From contig CAWHAA010000009.1 of NCBI GenBank assembly GCA_963827275.1, forward strand, positions 104,923-168,922: DNA of 64,000 nucleotides, read 5' to 3'. Shown here piece after piece: positions 30,562 through 39,730 of the stretch; the stretch's first letter is position 1; every line of letters starts with the position of its first letter. The notes under the pieces were generated by a model. It was not told where the DNA came from, made no database searches, and saw nothing but the letters and a program-made list of their open reading frames with translations. A program made the position numbers and the translations under genes. Source of the DNA: an uncultured Spirochaetota bacterium (GTDB lineage: Bacteria; Spirochaetota; UBA4802; UBA5550).

Positions 30562-30792
30562 TGCGCGATCGCGCTGTGATGTTGATTCAGAGTAATCTTT
30601 TCTGATAAAATTACATTTTAGAATATACAAAAATAAATATATATTATTAGAAAATAACTATTATTTTATTCTTAAAAAATTCCACGGTATTCATGAAATT
30701 AATTGACTAATTATAACGAAAACAATAGTTATGTTTTAAATAAAGCCCATATAGGCGGAATATAAATATATAAATTTTTCAGGGGATGAACA

Positions 30793-30864
30793 ATGAAACA
30801 GACCTTGTTTGTTGTGGGCATGGTAATCACGGCAATCGCGTTAATTGCTTTAATGCCGTTTTAA
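30793..30864 (+). CDS. Small hydrophobic peptide, 23 aa: MKQTLFVVGMVITAIALIALMPF
   Basis: AGGGG SD, downstream terminator, paralog of 28640-28711 with synonymous codon differences. Confidence 0.7.
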   Translation: MKQTLFVVGMVITAIALIALMPF

Positions 30865-30903
30865 GTTTTTCAAGCTGATTTTACTTAACATGCGATTGTT
30901 GTT

Positions 30904-30939
30904 AAAAGGGATAGGTATTTTGATACTATCCCTTTTTTT
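30904..30939 (+). terminator. Rho-independent terminator after the small peptide gene
   Basis: AAAAGGGATAG-GTATTTTGATA-CTATCCCTTTTTTT. Confidence 0.75.
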
Positions 30940-30979
30940 GTTTATGGCCCTGTCTTTTGTTTATGCGCAATATACGCAA

Positions 30980-31074
30980 GGGGTCAGAGCAACTTTGACG
31001 GGGTCAGAGCAACTTTGACGGGGTCAGAGCAACTTTGACGGGGTCAGAGCAACTTTGACGGGGTCAGAGTAACT
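30980..31074. repeat. 20-bp tandem repeat GGGGTCAGAGCAACTTTGAC x4 plus a partial fifth copy
   Basis: Four identical abutting units, then GGGGTCAGAGTAACT. Confidence 0.95.
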
Positions 31075-31540
31075 GCTCTTCAATACCGGCGTAGCCGATA
31101 ACCCACTACCAGCTCTTAGCAGTATAATCACTTAAACAAAATAAAATACCCACTTATATATTTGAAACATAGAATTCTGGATTACCCGCCTGCATTGTTG
31201 CCCTGGTATAACTATTCCCGTTTTATTTTGACTTTTTCTAAATCAATGAGCTATTATAAAATAAGAATATTCATTCAGTTACGCGTAATCCATGCACAAC
31301 ACGTAGGATACTATCATGAAAAAAAAATCATACTATGGCTATCGTTTCTTTGTGTATTCGTCATGGATCTGTCATCTGGCCTTTATTGAGTGCAGGGGGA
31401 TAGTTTATAAACAGGGATGGGGGGATCGCAGGTAATGATGCGGTCCGGGTGCCATAAAAAGCATAAAATCCAGATAAAGAATTGATTTATTATCACCCCG
31501 GGCCTACAGTGTGATCATTCAATACAACTGCGGGGCATGT

Positions 31541-32776
31541 ATGAAACAGGTCAGGGGCGTTGAGCTTATTGTCGGTATCCCGTCTTACATGGAGGCGGAC
31601 ACGATCGGATTCGTGACCCGCCAGGTGGACCTCGGGATCCAGCGGTATTTCGGCTCCATGGTTTCGGTCATCATCAACCTGGACAACAAGAGCGAGGACG
31701 ATACCCGGGGCGCGTTCCTCGGCGTTGAGACCGCCACGCCGAAGCTCTATTTCTCCACGCCGGAGGGCGTGAGGGGGAAGGGGAACAACCTGATGAACCT
31801 GTTCAGGTATGTCAGGGCGCACATGGGCACCGTGAAGGCGGTCGTGGTGCTTGACGCGGACCTCCGGTCAATCACGCCGGAGTGGATCAGGCACTTTCTG
31901 GAGCCGATCCTGAAGGGGTACGATTACGCGCTGCCGCGGTACAGCCGCCACCAGTTCGACGGCACCATCACCAACCACATCTGCTATCCGCTCCTGTACG
32001 GGCTCATGGGGGAGAACGTGCGGCAGCCGATCGGGGGCGATTTTTCATTTTCCCCGCGCCTGGCGGCCCACTGGCTCGAGCAGCGATGGCTGCCGACCAC
32101 CCGGCTCTACGGCATCGACATCTTCATGACGCTGAACGCGATCATCGGCGGGTTCAAGATCTGCGAGGTGGGCCTGGGGGCCAAGGTCCACAAGGCGAGC
32201 GCCCCGAAGCTGGGGCCCATGTTCACGCAGGTGGTCACCACCTTCTTCGACCAGATCCTCTCGAAAAAGAGCGAGTGGATCGGCATACCGGGAGAGCAGC
32301 TGAAGCCGAAGCCGCTCTTCGGCATCAGGAAGCTCGACCCGCCGCAGGAGCTCTCCATCGACATACGCGATTTAAAGGACAAGCTGCGGCAGGAGTTCGT
32401 CACCCGCGAGAAGCTGCTGAAGAAATATTTAAGCCCCTACCTGTACCTGAACATCAGGCACATGATAGACCGGGACCACTACGACATGGACACCCTGATG
32501 TGGACGCAGTCGGTGTACCAGACCCTGTTCACCTACGACATCGGCACCCCGAAGATGAAGAGGGACATCATCGAGGCGCTCAAGCCGCTCTACTTCGCCC
32601 GCTCGGTCACCTTCGACTACGAGACGTGGAAATACCGCATCGATTACGCGGAGGAGCTGATCCTCCACCAGGCCATGGCCTTCGCGTCGCAGAAGCCCTA
32701 TTTCTACGGCCTCTACCTGAAGATGGCGCAGGACAATGACATGAAGAAAAAATCAAGATCCCGGAGATCAACGTAG
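31541..32776 (+). CDS. GT-A glycosyltransferase, glucosylglycerate/mannosylglycerate synthase-like
   Basis: GIPSY.EADTI, GKG, DADLRSITPEW, RH.FDGTITN, RQPIGGDF and YGIDI.MT motifs. Confidence 0.75.
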   Translation: MKQVRGVELIVGIPSYMEADTIGFVTRQVDLGIQRYFGSMVSVIINLDNKSEDDTRGAFLGVETATPKLYFSTPEGVRGKGNNLMNLFRYVRAHMGTVKAVVVLDADLRSITPEWIRHFLEPILKGYDYALPRYSRHQFDGTITNHICYPLLYGLMGENVRQPIGGDFSFSPRLAAHWLEQRWLPTTRLYGIDIFMTLNAIIGGFKICEVGLGAKVHKASAPKLGPMFTQVVTTFFDQILSKKSEWIGIPGEQLKPKPLFGIRKLDPPQELSIDIRDLKDKLRQEFVTREKLLKKYLSPYLYLNIRHMIDRDHYDMDTLMWTQSVYQTLFTYDIGTPKMKRDIIEALKPLYFARSVTFDYETWKYRIDYAEELILHQAMAFASQKPYFYGLYLKMAQDNDMKKKSRSRRST

Positions 32777-32783
32777 GACCGGC

Positions 32784-34232
32784 ATGAAGGTGCTGCTGAC
32801 AGGGGCGACCGGGTATATCGGCCGGCGCCTGAAGGTGAGGCTGCTCGAGGACGGGGACGTTGACCTCAGGCTCTTCGTGCGCAACGCGAGGAAGGTACGC
32901 GATGCGTCGCGGTCGCGGGCCGATATCGTCGAGGGCTCGTCCTTCGACAGGGACTCGCTCCGGAGGGCGCTGGACGGGATCGAGGTGGCGTATTACCTGA
33001 TCCATTCCATGGGCGCGCGGGGCGATTTCCGCGCGCTCGACCGGGTGAGCGCGGAGAACTTCAGGGAGGCGTGCATCGGGGCCGGCGTAAAGAGGGTCAT
33101 CTACCTCGGCGGCCTGGGGCGGAAGGAGTGCGCGAGCAGGCACCTGCTGAGCCGCATCGAGACCGGGGAGGTCCTCTCCGCCCGCCCCGACAGGATACAG
33201 ACCATCTGGCTCCGCGCCGGCATCATCATCGGGTCGGGGAGCGCGAGCTTCGAGATACTCTGGAACTACGTGGAAAAGACCCCTTTGATGATTCTCCCCC
33301 GGTCGGTCGCGACCAGGACCCAGCCGATCGGCATCGATGACGTGCTCTCCTACCTGTCGCGCGCCCGGCATATCCGCGTCGATGGCGACCTGGTGGTGGA
33401 TATCGGCGCGGACGTGATGAGCTATCAGGAGATCCTCATGCAGACGGCCCGCGTCATCGGTGTGAAGCGGCGCATCGTCACGATACCGCTCCGTCGGCTC
33501 CGGGCGACCTCCTACCTGATGGGGCTCGTCTTTCCGGTCCCCCGGCGCATCACCGCGTCGCTGCTCCAGGGCCTGAACTGCGAGACGGTCATGGGCAATG
33601 ATGCCGCGCGCCGGTATTTTCCGGAACTATCGCCCGTGCCCTTCGAAGAGGCGATGCGGCGCGCGGTCGCCGACATCGAGAAGAACCAGGTGCTGAGCCG
33701 GTGGAGCGACAGCAGCGGCGGCGAGGCCTGTGACGTGAAGGGGCGCGACGAGATCGCCCATGAGGTGCTGGTTGACACGCGGTCGGTGGCGTGCCGCGGC
33801 GTGCCGCCTGCCGCGATCTTCCGCTCCATCATGTCGATCGGGGGCGAGAACGGCTGGTTCACCTACCATTTCCTCTGGGAGGTCCGCGGCTTTTTCGACA
33901 AGCTGGCAGGGGGATACGGCATCAACCGGGGCAGGAGGCACCCGGAAGAGCTCCGCGTCGGGGACAGCCTCGACTTCTGGAAGGTCGCCGACATACGGGA
34001 GGACCGGCGGCTCCTCCTCTTCGCGCAGATGAAGCTCCCCGGCAGGGCGTGGCTTGAGTTCGTCATCGAGGGCGGGGCGCTCCGCCAGACCGCCTACTTC
34101 CTGCCCCACGGCCTGTGGGGGTATATCTACTGGTACCTGATGAAGCCGGCCCACCTCCTGATTTTCCATGACATGGCGAAGAACATTATCAGGCGGGCCG
34201 CGGAAATCGACGCCCGGGGGACGGAAGGGTGA
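32784..34232 (+). CDS. Atypical SDR/NAD(P)-binding protein with C-terminal DUF2867 (YbjT-like)
   Basis: TGATGYIG, YYLIHSM, HL.SR, IIGSGSASFE; C-terminal GD.LDFW.V...MKLPG.AWLEF...P.GLWG..YWY. Confidence 0.85.
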   Translation: MKVLLTGATGYIGRRLKVRLLEDGDVDLRLFVRNARKVRDASRSRADIVEGSSFDRDSLRRALDGIEVAYYLIHSMGARGDFRALDRVSAENFREACIGAGVKRVIYLGGLGRKECASRHLLSRIETGEVLSARPDRIQTIWLRAGIIIGSGSASFEILWNYVEKTPLMILPRSVATRTQPIGIDDVLSYLSRARHIRVDGDLVVDIGADVMSYQEILMQTARVIGVKRRIVTIPLRRLRATSYLMGLVFPVPRRITASLLQGLNCETVMGNDAARRYFPELSPVPFEEAMRRAVADIEKNQVLSRWSDSSGGEACDVKGRDEIAHEVLVDTRSVACRGVPPAAIFRSIMSIGGENGWFTYHFLWEVRGFFDKLAGGYGINRGRRHPEELRVGDSLDFWKVADIREDRRLLLFAQMKLPGRAWLEFVIEGGALRQTAYFLPHGLWGYIYWYLMKPAHLLIFHDMAKNIIRRAAEIDARGTEG

Positions 34233-34277
34233 ATTATTTCCTTGCCGAACGCGTCTTTCTGTAGTACCCTTACTACT

Positions 34278-34669
34278 GGAGAGGGCCAAGCGGCAGCGCT
34301 GGCCCGCCGCAAGGCGGGCGGTGAGGAAAGTCCGAACACCACAGGGCAGGGTGCCGGGTAACACCCGGGCGCCGCGAGGCGATGGAAAGTGCAACAGAAA
34401 GGATACCGCCCCTCGGCTTCGCTCGGGGCAGCGCCCGAAAGGGCGTCGCTCCGAGCGGAGTCGAGGAGCAAGGGTGAAATGGTGAGGTAAGAGCTCACCG
34501 CGTCCGCGGTAACGCGGGCGGCAAGGTAAACCCCACCTGGTGCAAGGCCAAGTAAGCAGCCGCATCGAACTGCCCGTTCGTGGCTGCGGGTAGGCCGCAA
34601 GGATGCGCGCGGCGACGCGCGCACAAGATAGATTGCCGCATAAACAGAATTCGGCTTATGTCCCCCTCC
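34278..34669 (+). ncRNA. rnpB: RNase P RNA, bacterial type A
   Basis: GAGGAAAGTCC, GGAAAGTGCAACAGAAA, GGGTGAAA.GGTG.GGTAAGAGC, GGTAAACCCC and ACAGAATTCGGCTTAT motifs; P1 pairing GGAGAGGG / CCCCCTCC. Confidence 0.95.
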
Positions 34670-34833
34670 GTTTATCACGGGCCCGGGGGTCCCGCGTCGT
34701 GCGGGGCGCCCCGGCCCGTGGTAAATTAATCCTTGATTTTTCTTTCGGCCCGCGTAGAGTACTGTTGCGGGCACGGAGTGCGGGCGGCGGGGCGCAACGG
34801 GAGGCGCCCCCAATTCATGCAGGGAGGTATGTC

Positions 34834-35130
34834 ATGAAACGATTGCTGACGGTTGCGGCTGCTGTTGTCCTCTTTCTTTCCGCGGGGGCGCTGTACAGCT
34901 CCCGGATGAGCGCGTACCAGGTCGTGGAAGTGTATATCTGCGAGGAGGAGCTGATCCTGGCGGAGATGATCGCGAAGTCGAGCCTGAACAGGCAGGAGCT
35001 GACCACGGTGAGCTACTGCACCTGCGAGGGGGTCGATTCGAGCATGAAGCCGCTGGTGAAAAAGACGGCGTGCGACCCGCCGAAAGACATGGTCTACGCC
35101 TGCACCTGCATCGGCAGATCGCGTTATTAA
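34834..35130 (+). CDS. Small secreted Cys-rich hypothetical protein
   Basis: GGAGG SD, signal peptide, six Cys including two CTC motifs. Confidence 0.6.
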   Translation: MKRLLTVAAAVVLFLSAGALYSSRMSAYQVVEVYICEEELILAEMIAKSSLNRQELTTVSYCTCEGVDSSMKPLVKKTACDPPKDMVYACTCIGRSRY

Positions 35131-35184
35131 ACCGCGCACCGGTCCCCCCGCGCGCGAACCTCACATTTCAGGAAGGCGATACAC

Positions 35185-36144
35185 ATGGATCGTAACAGGA
35201 AAATACTCATATCCATACTGGCGCTGCTGGTCCTCTCTTCGGTCATCGCCATAGTCGAGATCAGCATGAACATGCAGCAGAAGCGCGGCACCGGGATCTC
35301 GCTTTCGGGCCCGTCGATCGGTCCCGGCGTCGGCATCGTGCGGGTCGAGGGGCCCATCGACATGAGCGGCTCGGCCTCGCCCATGCTCATGTCGCGCGGG
35401 GCGGAAGGCATCATCAGCCGCCTTGACGAGATGGAGAAGAACGGCGACATCCGGGCGGTGGTCGTGCGGATCAACTCGCCGGGCGGCACCGTGGGCGCCT
35501 CGCAGGAGATATACCAGAAGCTCTGGCGGCTCAGGAAGAAGAACATACCGCTCATCGCCTCCATGGGGGAGGTCGCCGCGTCGGGCGGGTACTACGTCGC
35601 CTCGGCCTGCGATTACATCGTGGCGAACCACGGCACCATTACCGGCTCCATCGGCGTGATCGCGATGTCCCCTAATTTAAAAAGGCTCTTCGAGAAGATC
35701 GGGATCGACATGCGGGTGATCAAGAGCGGCAGGTACAAGGACATGCTCTCGGCCTTCCGCGACATCAGCCCGGAGGAGCGCCAGCTCGTGCAGGAGATCA
35801 TCGACTCGTCGTACCGCAAGTTCCTGAAAGACGTGGCCCTGGGAAGGAACATGAACGAATCCGACATCGCGCCGATCGCTGACGGCCGCGTGATGAGCGG
35901 CGAGACCGCCCTGAAGAACAAGCTGGTCGACATGCTGGGCACCTTCGAGGACGCGGTGGACAAGGCGCGGAAGCTGGGCAAGCTCCCCGAGGACGCGCCG
36001 GTATACGACGAGGCCAGGATGCCGCTCGAACAGCTCCTGATGCGCATGGAGATGATATTCGGCGGCCGCGCCCTGATGGAACGCGAGCTTCGCCTCCAGC
36101 ACTTCGAGAACAACTACATGCTTGAATACAGGTACCTGCCATGA
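35185..36144 (+). CDS. sppA: Signal peptide peptidase SppA (S49)
   Basis: RINSPGG, AASGGYY, TGSIGV, KSG.YKD and ADGRV motifs. Confidence 0.92.
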   Translation: MDRNRKILISILALLVLSSVIAIVEISMNMQQKRGTGISLSGPSIGPGVGIVRVEGPIDMSGSASPMLMSRGAEGIISRLDEMEKNGDIRAVVVRINSPGGTVGASQEIYQKLWRLRKKNIPLIASMGEVAASGGYYVASACDYIVANHGTITGSIGVIAMSPNLKRLFEKIGIDMRVIKSGRYKDMLSAFRDISPEERQLVQEIIDSSYRKFLKDVALGRNMNESDIAPIADGRVMSGETALKNKLVDMLGTFEDAVDKARKLGKLPEDAPVYDEARMPLEQLLMRMEMIFGGRALMERELRLQHFENNYMLEYRYLP

Positions 36145-36746
36145 TACTGACCGAGATCAAGTCCCTCAGGTGGGCCGACCTGTTCCTTTCCGCGCTGCTC
36201 GACCCGCGCGCGCTCTACCGGCAGATTGACCGCGGGGAGCCCCGCGCGCTCCTGCTGAGCTTCGCGCTCCCGGCCGCGGTGGCGGTGATCGACATCATCA
36301 CCCTGTCCCTGCTGGGCAGGCAGACGCCGTTTTTCTATTACAAGGTCACCTACGGCTGGATCCTGCTCTTCCTGTGGCAGGCGCTCGCGGTCGTGCTGGC
36401 GGCCGCGCTCATGGACACGGCCTCGCAGTTCTTCGGGCACGGCGGCGCCGTCCGCCGCCTCATTATACTGGTAAACTTTTCGCTCTTCCCGAAGGTGTTC
36501 ATTCTGCCGCTGGTCTATATCTTCCACGTGTTCAATTTCGCCCCGATATTCTTCTACTTCTTCTTCTCGATGGGGCTCTTCATCTGGTCCGCGATGGTCG
36601 CGGTCCAGGGTGTCTCGGAGATGCATGCCGTCAGCCTGGGCAGGGCGGCGGTGATCTATCTCTTTCCCGCGATACTGCTCTGGACCTCGGTCTTCTTCAT
36701 GTTCATCCTGCTGGTGATCTGCGGGGTCGGGTTTGTCGCGGGGTAG
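36141..36746 (+). CDS. Yip1-like integral membrane protein
   Basis: About five TM segments, P...Y N-terminal pattern, overlaps the sppA stop. Confidence 0.55.
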   Translation: MILTEIKSLRWADLFLSALLDPRALYRQIDRGEPRALLLSFALPAAVAVIDIITLSLLGRQTPFFYYKVTYGWILLFLWQALAVVLAAALMDTASQFFGHGGAVRRLIILVNFSLFPKVFILPLVYIFHVFNFAPIFFYFFFSMGLFIWSAMVAVQGVSEMHAVSLGRAAVIYLFPAILLWTSVFFMFILLVICGVGFVAG

Positions 36747-36748
36747 GT

Positions 36749-37561
36749 CTACCGGCCGGGAAGCGCTTTTTTAAACAGGAGAAGCGACAGGAAATAGAGG
36801 AGCGTGCCGGCCGTCACCATGGTGGCGCCTGCCGGCGTATCGAGCAGGTACGAGAGGAAGAGCCCGCCGATCATCACCGCGGCGGTGAAGAGTATCCCCG
36901 CGGCGATGACCTTCCGGTAGTCACGCGAGACGAGCAGGCCGAAGCTCGCCGGGAGCACCACGAGCGCCGACACCAGTATTATCCCCACGATCTTTATGCT
37001 GATGACTATGATCCCGGCGAGGAACACCAGGAGGACCGTGTCCAGGAGCCCGGTGCGCACGCCGCTGACCGAGGCCACCTCCTCGTCCATTGTCATGAAG
37101 AGGATCCGGTGGACGAATATGAAGATGAAGGGGGCGAAGGCCGCCAGCGCCGCGAGGGCGATGAGCGCGTCGGTCCGCGTCACCGCCAGGATGTTGCCGA
37201 AGAGGTAGCTCATCAGGTCGAAGGTGTACCCTTTCTTCAGCGAGAGGAAGATGGCGCCCAGTGCCATGGAGAACGAGAAGAAGATGCCGATACCCGTGTC
37301 GTACGATATCCTGCCGTGGCGCGCCATCGTGCCGAGGAGCACGGCCGCCGCGGTGCAGAACACGAGCGAGGTGAGGAACGGGTCGAGCCCGACCAGCACG
37401 CCGAGGGCCACGCCGCCGAACGCGGTGTGGGCGACCCCCGCGCCCAGGAAGGACATCTTGCGCATCACCACGAAGAACGAGAGCATGCCGAAGAGCGCCG
37501 CCAGGATGCAGCTCATGACAAACGCGTTCATGAAAAAATCGAGGCGGAAGAGCTCCATCAT
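36749..37561 (-). CDS. Zn/Mn ABC transporter permease (ZnuB-like)
   Basis: R.MSF.G.G.AH.AFGG, YLFG.IL and K.VG..LV.AL...PA. Confidence 0.9.
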   Translation of the reverse strand: MMELFRLDFFMNAFVMSCILAALFGMLSFFVVMRKMSFLGAGVAHTAFGGVALGVLVGLDPFLTSLVFCTAAAVLLGTMARHGRISYDTGIGIFFSFSMALGAIFLSLKKGYTFDLMSYLFGNILAVTRTDALIALAALAAFAPFIFIFVHRILFMTMDEEVASVSGVRTGLLDTVLLVFLAGIIVISIKIVGIILVSALVVLPASFGLLVSRDYRKVIAAGILFTAAVMIGGLFLSYLLDTPAGATMVTAGTLLYFLSLLLFKKALPGR

Positions 37562-38334
37562 GACCGGTCCCCGTCCCCGCCGCAGCCGCTGCCGTGGTTG
37601 TGGTTGATGTAGTACATGTTCTTGCCGAACACGTCGGCAAGCGCCTTGTTGGCAAAGCAGTCGGCGGGTGTCCCGTGGAAGTGGAGCCGCGTCTTCAGGC
37701 AGGCCAGCCGGTCGACGATGCTGGAGACCGCGCCGATGTCATGCGAAACCATGACGATCGACAGGCCCATCGAGTCGCGGAGCGAGAGGAGCATCTGGTA
37801 GAAGTTGTCCTGGGCCAGGGTGTCGAGGCCGGTCGACGGCTCGTCGAGGAGGAGGATCCGCGGCCGGACCGCGATGGCCCGGGCGATCAGGGCCCGCTGC
37901 TTCTGGCCCCCGGACAGGCTCCCGAAGTGGCGGTCCCGGAGCCCGGCGATCTCGACCGCCTCGAGCGCGCTGTCGATGAGGGCGCGGTCGTCGGCGTTCA
38001 GGCGCTCGAACATGCCCTTGCCGGCGTAGCGCGCCATGGCCACGACGTCGAAGACGCTGACGGGCATGGCGATATCGACCGCGCTCTTCTGCGGAAGATA
38101 CCCGATGGAGCCGCGCGGCGCGTTCCGCGGCGCGTTTCCCAGCACCGTCACCGAGCCGCGGTAGGGCTCCTTGAAGCCCATGATGGTGCGGAGGAGGGTG
38201 CTCTTGCCGCTCCCGTTGGGCCCCACGATCGACAGGATCTCCCCGGGGCCGACGGCGAGGCTCACGTCCTCGAGTATCACGGACCCGTTGTACCGGACCC
38301 ATACGTTCTGCAGCGCTATGACCGCGTTGTCCAC
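37558..38334 (-). CDS. Zn/Mn ABC transporter ATPase (ZnuC-like)
   Basis: GPNGSGKST, LSGGQKQR, LLLDEP, VSHD and a His/Cys tail. Confidence 0.92.
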   Translation of the reverse strand: MDNAVIALQNVWVRYNGSVILEDVSLAVGPGEILSIVGPNGSGKSTLLRTIMGFKEPYRGSVTVLGNAPRNAPRGSIGYLPQKSAVDIAMPVSVFDVVAMARYAGKGMFERLNADDRALIDSALEAVEIAGLRDRHFGSLSGGQKQRALIARAIAVRPRILLLDEPSTGLDTLAQDNFYQMLLSLRDSMGLSIVMVSHDIGAVSSIVDRLACLKTRLHFHGTPADCFANKALADVFGKNMYYINHNHGSGCGGDGDRS

Positions 38335-38348
38335 GGCGACTCCTTGTG

Positions 38349-39209
38349 TTAACGCAACGCGTCCGCCAGGGCTTTCGCGTTGTAGTGCATGAGCTTCAGG
38401 TAATCCGACCGGTCGGCGGAGGCGGGATCGCCGATGGCGTCAAGCCCGGTCACCCTGCCGCGTATCTCGCCCGCGAGGACCTGCGCGGCCCTGTTCTCGG
38501 CGTTCAGGCTCACGGCCACGACCGTGACCCCGTCGCGGCGGGCGCGGGCCACGATTTCGCTGACCGAGCGGACCGACGAGCGGTCGCTCCCCTCGCGCTG
38601 GACCGTGCCGGCTATCGTGAGCCCGTAGTCGGCGGCGAAGTAGTCCCACGCCTCGTGCCACTGGATGAACGACCGCTTCGTAGTGCCCATGAAAAGTCGG
38701 GCGATGGTTTTGTCAAGCCGATTCAATTTTTCCAGGTACGCGGACAGGTTCCCGCGGTAGCTGGCGCACTGCCCGGGATCGTTGTCGCACAGCAGGCGCG
38801 CGACGGACGCGGCGATTGTTTTCGCCTCCCTGACGCTGAGCCACACGTGCGGGTTCCGTGCCGGCGCGCCGGGCCGCGGCGCGTCCATGAGGTAGCCGCG
38901 TGCGCAGGCCGGCGCGAGGTACCGCTCGACCCAGCCGTCCAGCTCCGGCGTGATGCCGATGAAGAGGTCCGCGGCGGCGAGCTCGCGCGCGAGCGACGGC
39001 CGGGGCTCGAAGGTATGGGGGTCCGCGCCGGCGGGGACCGCGAAGAAGATATCGGCCCTGTCGCCGCAGATGTTTCTCGCAATGTCATAGACGGGGAAAA
39101 TGGATACCGCGACCCGCAGCCTGCCGGGCGCCGCCGCGTCCTTCTTCCCGCATCCGGCCAGCGCGAGCATCGGCAGGATGATGATTGCGCAAAGTATTGT
39201 TTTTTTCAT
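38349..39209 (-). CDS. Zn/Mn ABC transporter substrate-binding lipoprotein (ZnuA-like)
   Basis: Lipobox LAGC; DPH.FEP, NPHVWLS and H.AW.YF motifs. Confidence 0.9.
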   Translation of the reverse strand: MKKTILCAIIILPMLALAGCGKKDAAAPGRLRVAVSIFPVYDIARNICGDRADIFFAVPAGADPHTFEPRPSLARELAAADLFIGITPELDGWVERYLAPACARGYLMDAPRPGAPARNPHVWLSVREAKTIAASVARLLCDNDPGQCASYRGNLSAYLEKLNRLDKTIARLFMGTTKRSFIQWHEAWDYFAADYGLTIAGTVQREGSDRSSVRSVSEIVARARRDGVTVVAVSLNAENRAAQVLAGEIRGRVTGLDAIGDPASADRSDYLKLMHYNAKALADALR

Positions 39210-39260
39210 GTCAACTACACTCTATCCCCCGGAAACTATACGCATGGCCAGATCACCGAC

Positions 39261-39406
39261 CCCCTGTCCCCCGGAGGGGGCAATTAAGAGAACTGTTGAA
39301 TTACATCACAAACAGAACTCGTACCCCCGTCTCTCCCACAGGGGGGCTTATTCACCAGGTAGCGCTTAAAGTCCCCCCTCCGGGGGACTTAGGGGGGATT
39401 TTAGGG
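39261..39406. repeat. REP-like GC-rich palindromic element
   Basis: CCCCTGTCCCCCGGAGGGGGC at 39261 and an inverted related copy GTCCCCCCTCCGGGGGACTTAGGGGGG near 39371-39397; same motif at 53860. Confidence 0.55.
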
Positions 39407-39433
39407 GACGGCCTCGCATGAGGGAGACTGCTG

Positions 39434-39730
39434 TTATTTTTTCTTGAATAGCGATTTTGCTTTGTCGAACGCCTGGGAAAGGTCATTGACGGCCTGCTCG
39501 ACGCCCTTTTTCATCTCTTTCCAGCCTTCACTGCTGGCCGACTTCACTTCTTTGAGCTTTTGCTCGGCCTCGGCTTTCTTTGTCTTGAGGTCGGCCGCCA
39601 TCCTGGTGTAGTCTTCTTTCATGACCGACGTGGTTTCGCTGCCCTGCTTTTTCAGCTCTTCGATTTTCTTGTCCAGCTCCAGTATTTTATCTGACAGCTT
39701 TTGCATGTAGGATTTCTGGTCATTGTCCAT
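39434..39730 (-). CDS. Small coiled-coil hypothetical protein (sll1863-like)
   Basis: GGAGG SD; K/E-rich helical 98 aa with W.E.K.G.E.A...L..AF pattern. Confidence 0.7.
   Translation of the reverse strand: MDNDQKSYMQKLSDKILELDKKIEELKKQGSETTSVMKEDYTRMAADLKTKKAEAEQKLKEVKSASSEGWKEMKKGVEQAVNDLSQAFDKAKSLFKKK

Noticed and set aside
30980..31074. CRISPR array
   Set aside because: Units abut with no spacers, are only 20 bp, and no cas genes are present.
33627..34813. Long minus-strand ORFs 33627-34565 and 34127-34813
   Set aside because: Antisense shadows of the SDR gene and rnpB.
8555..37612. Long opposite-strand ORFs such as 8555-9832, 16304-17410, 17564-18847, 26948-28231 and 36374-37612
   Set aside because: Shadow frames of well-supported genes in high-GC DNA, with no motifs.
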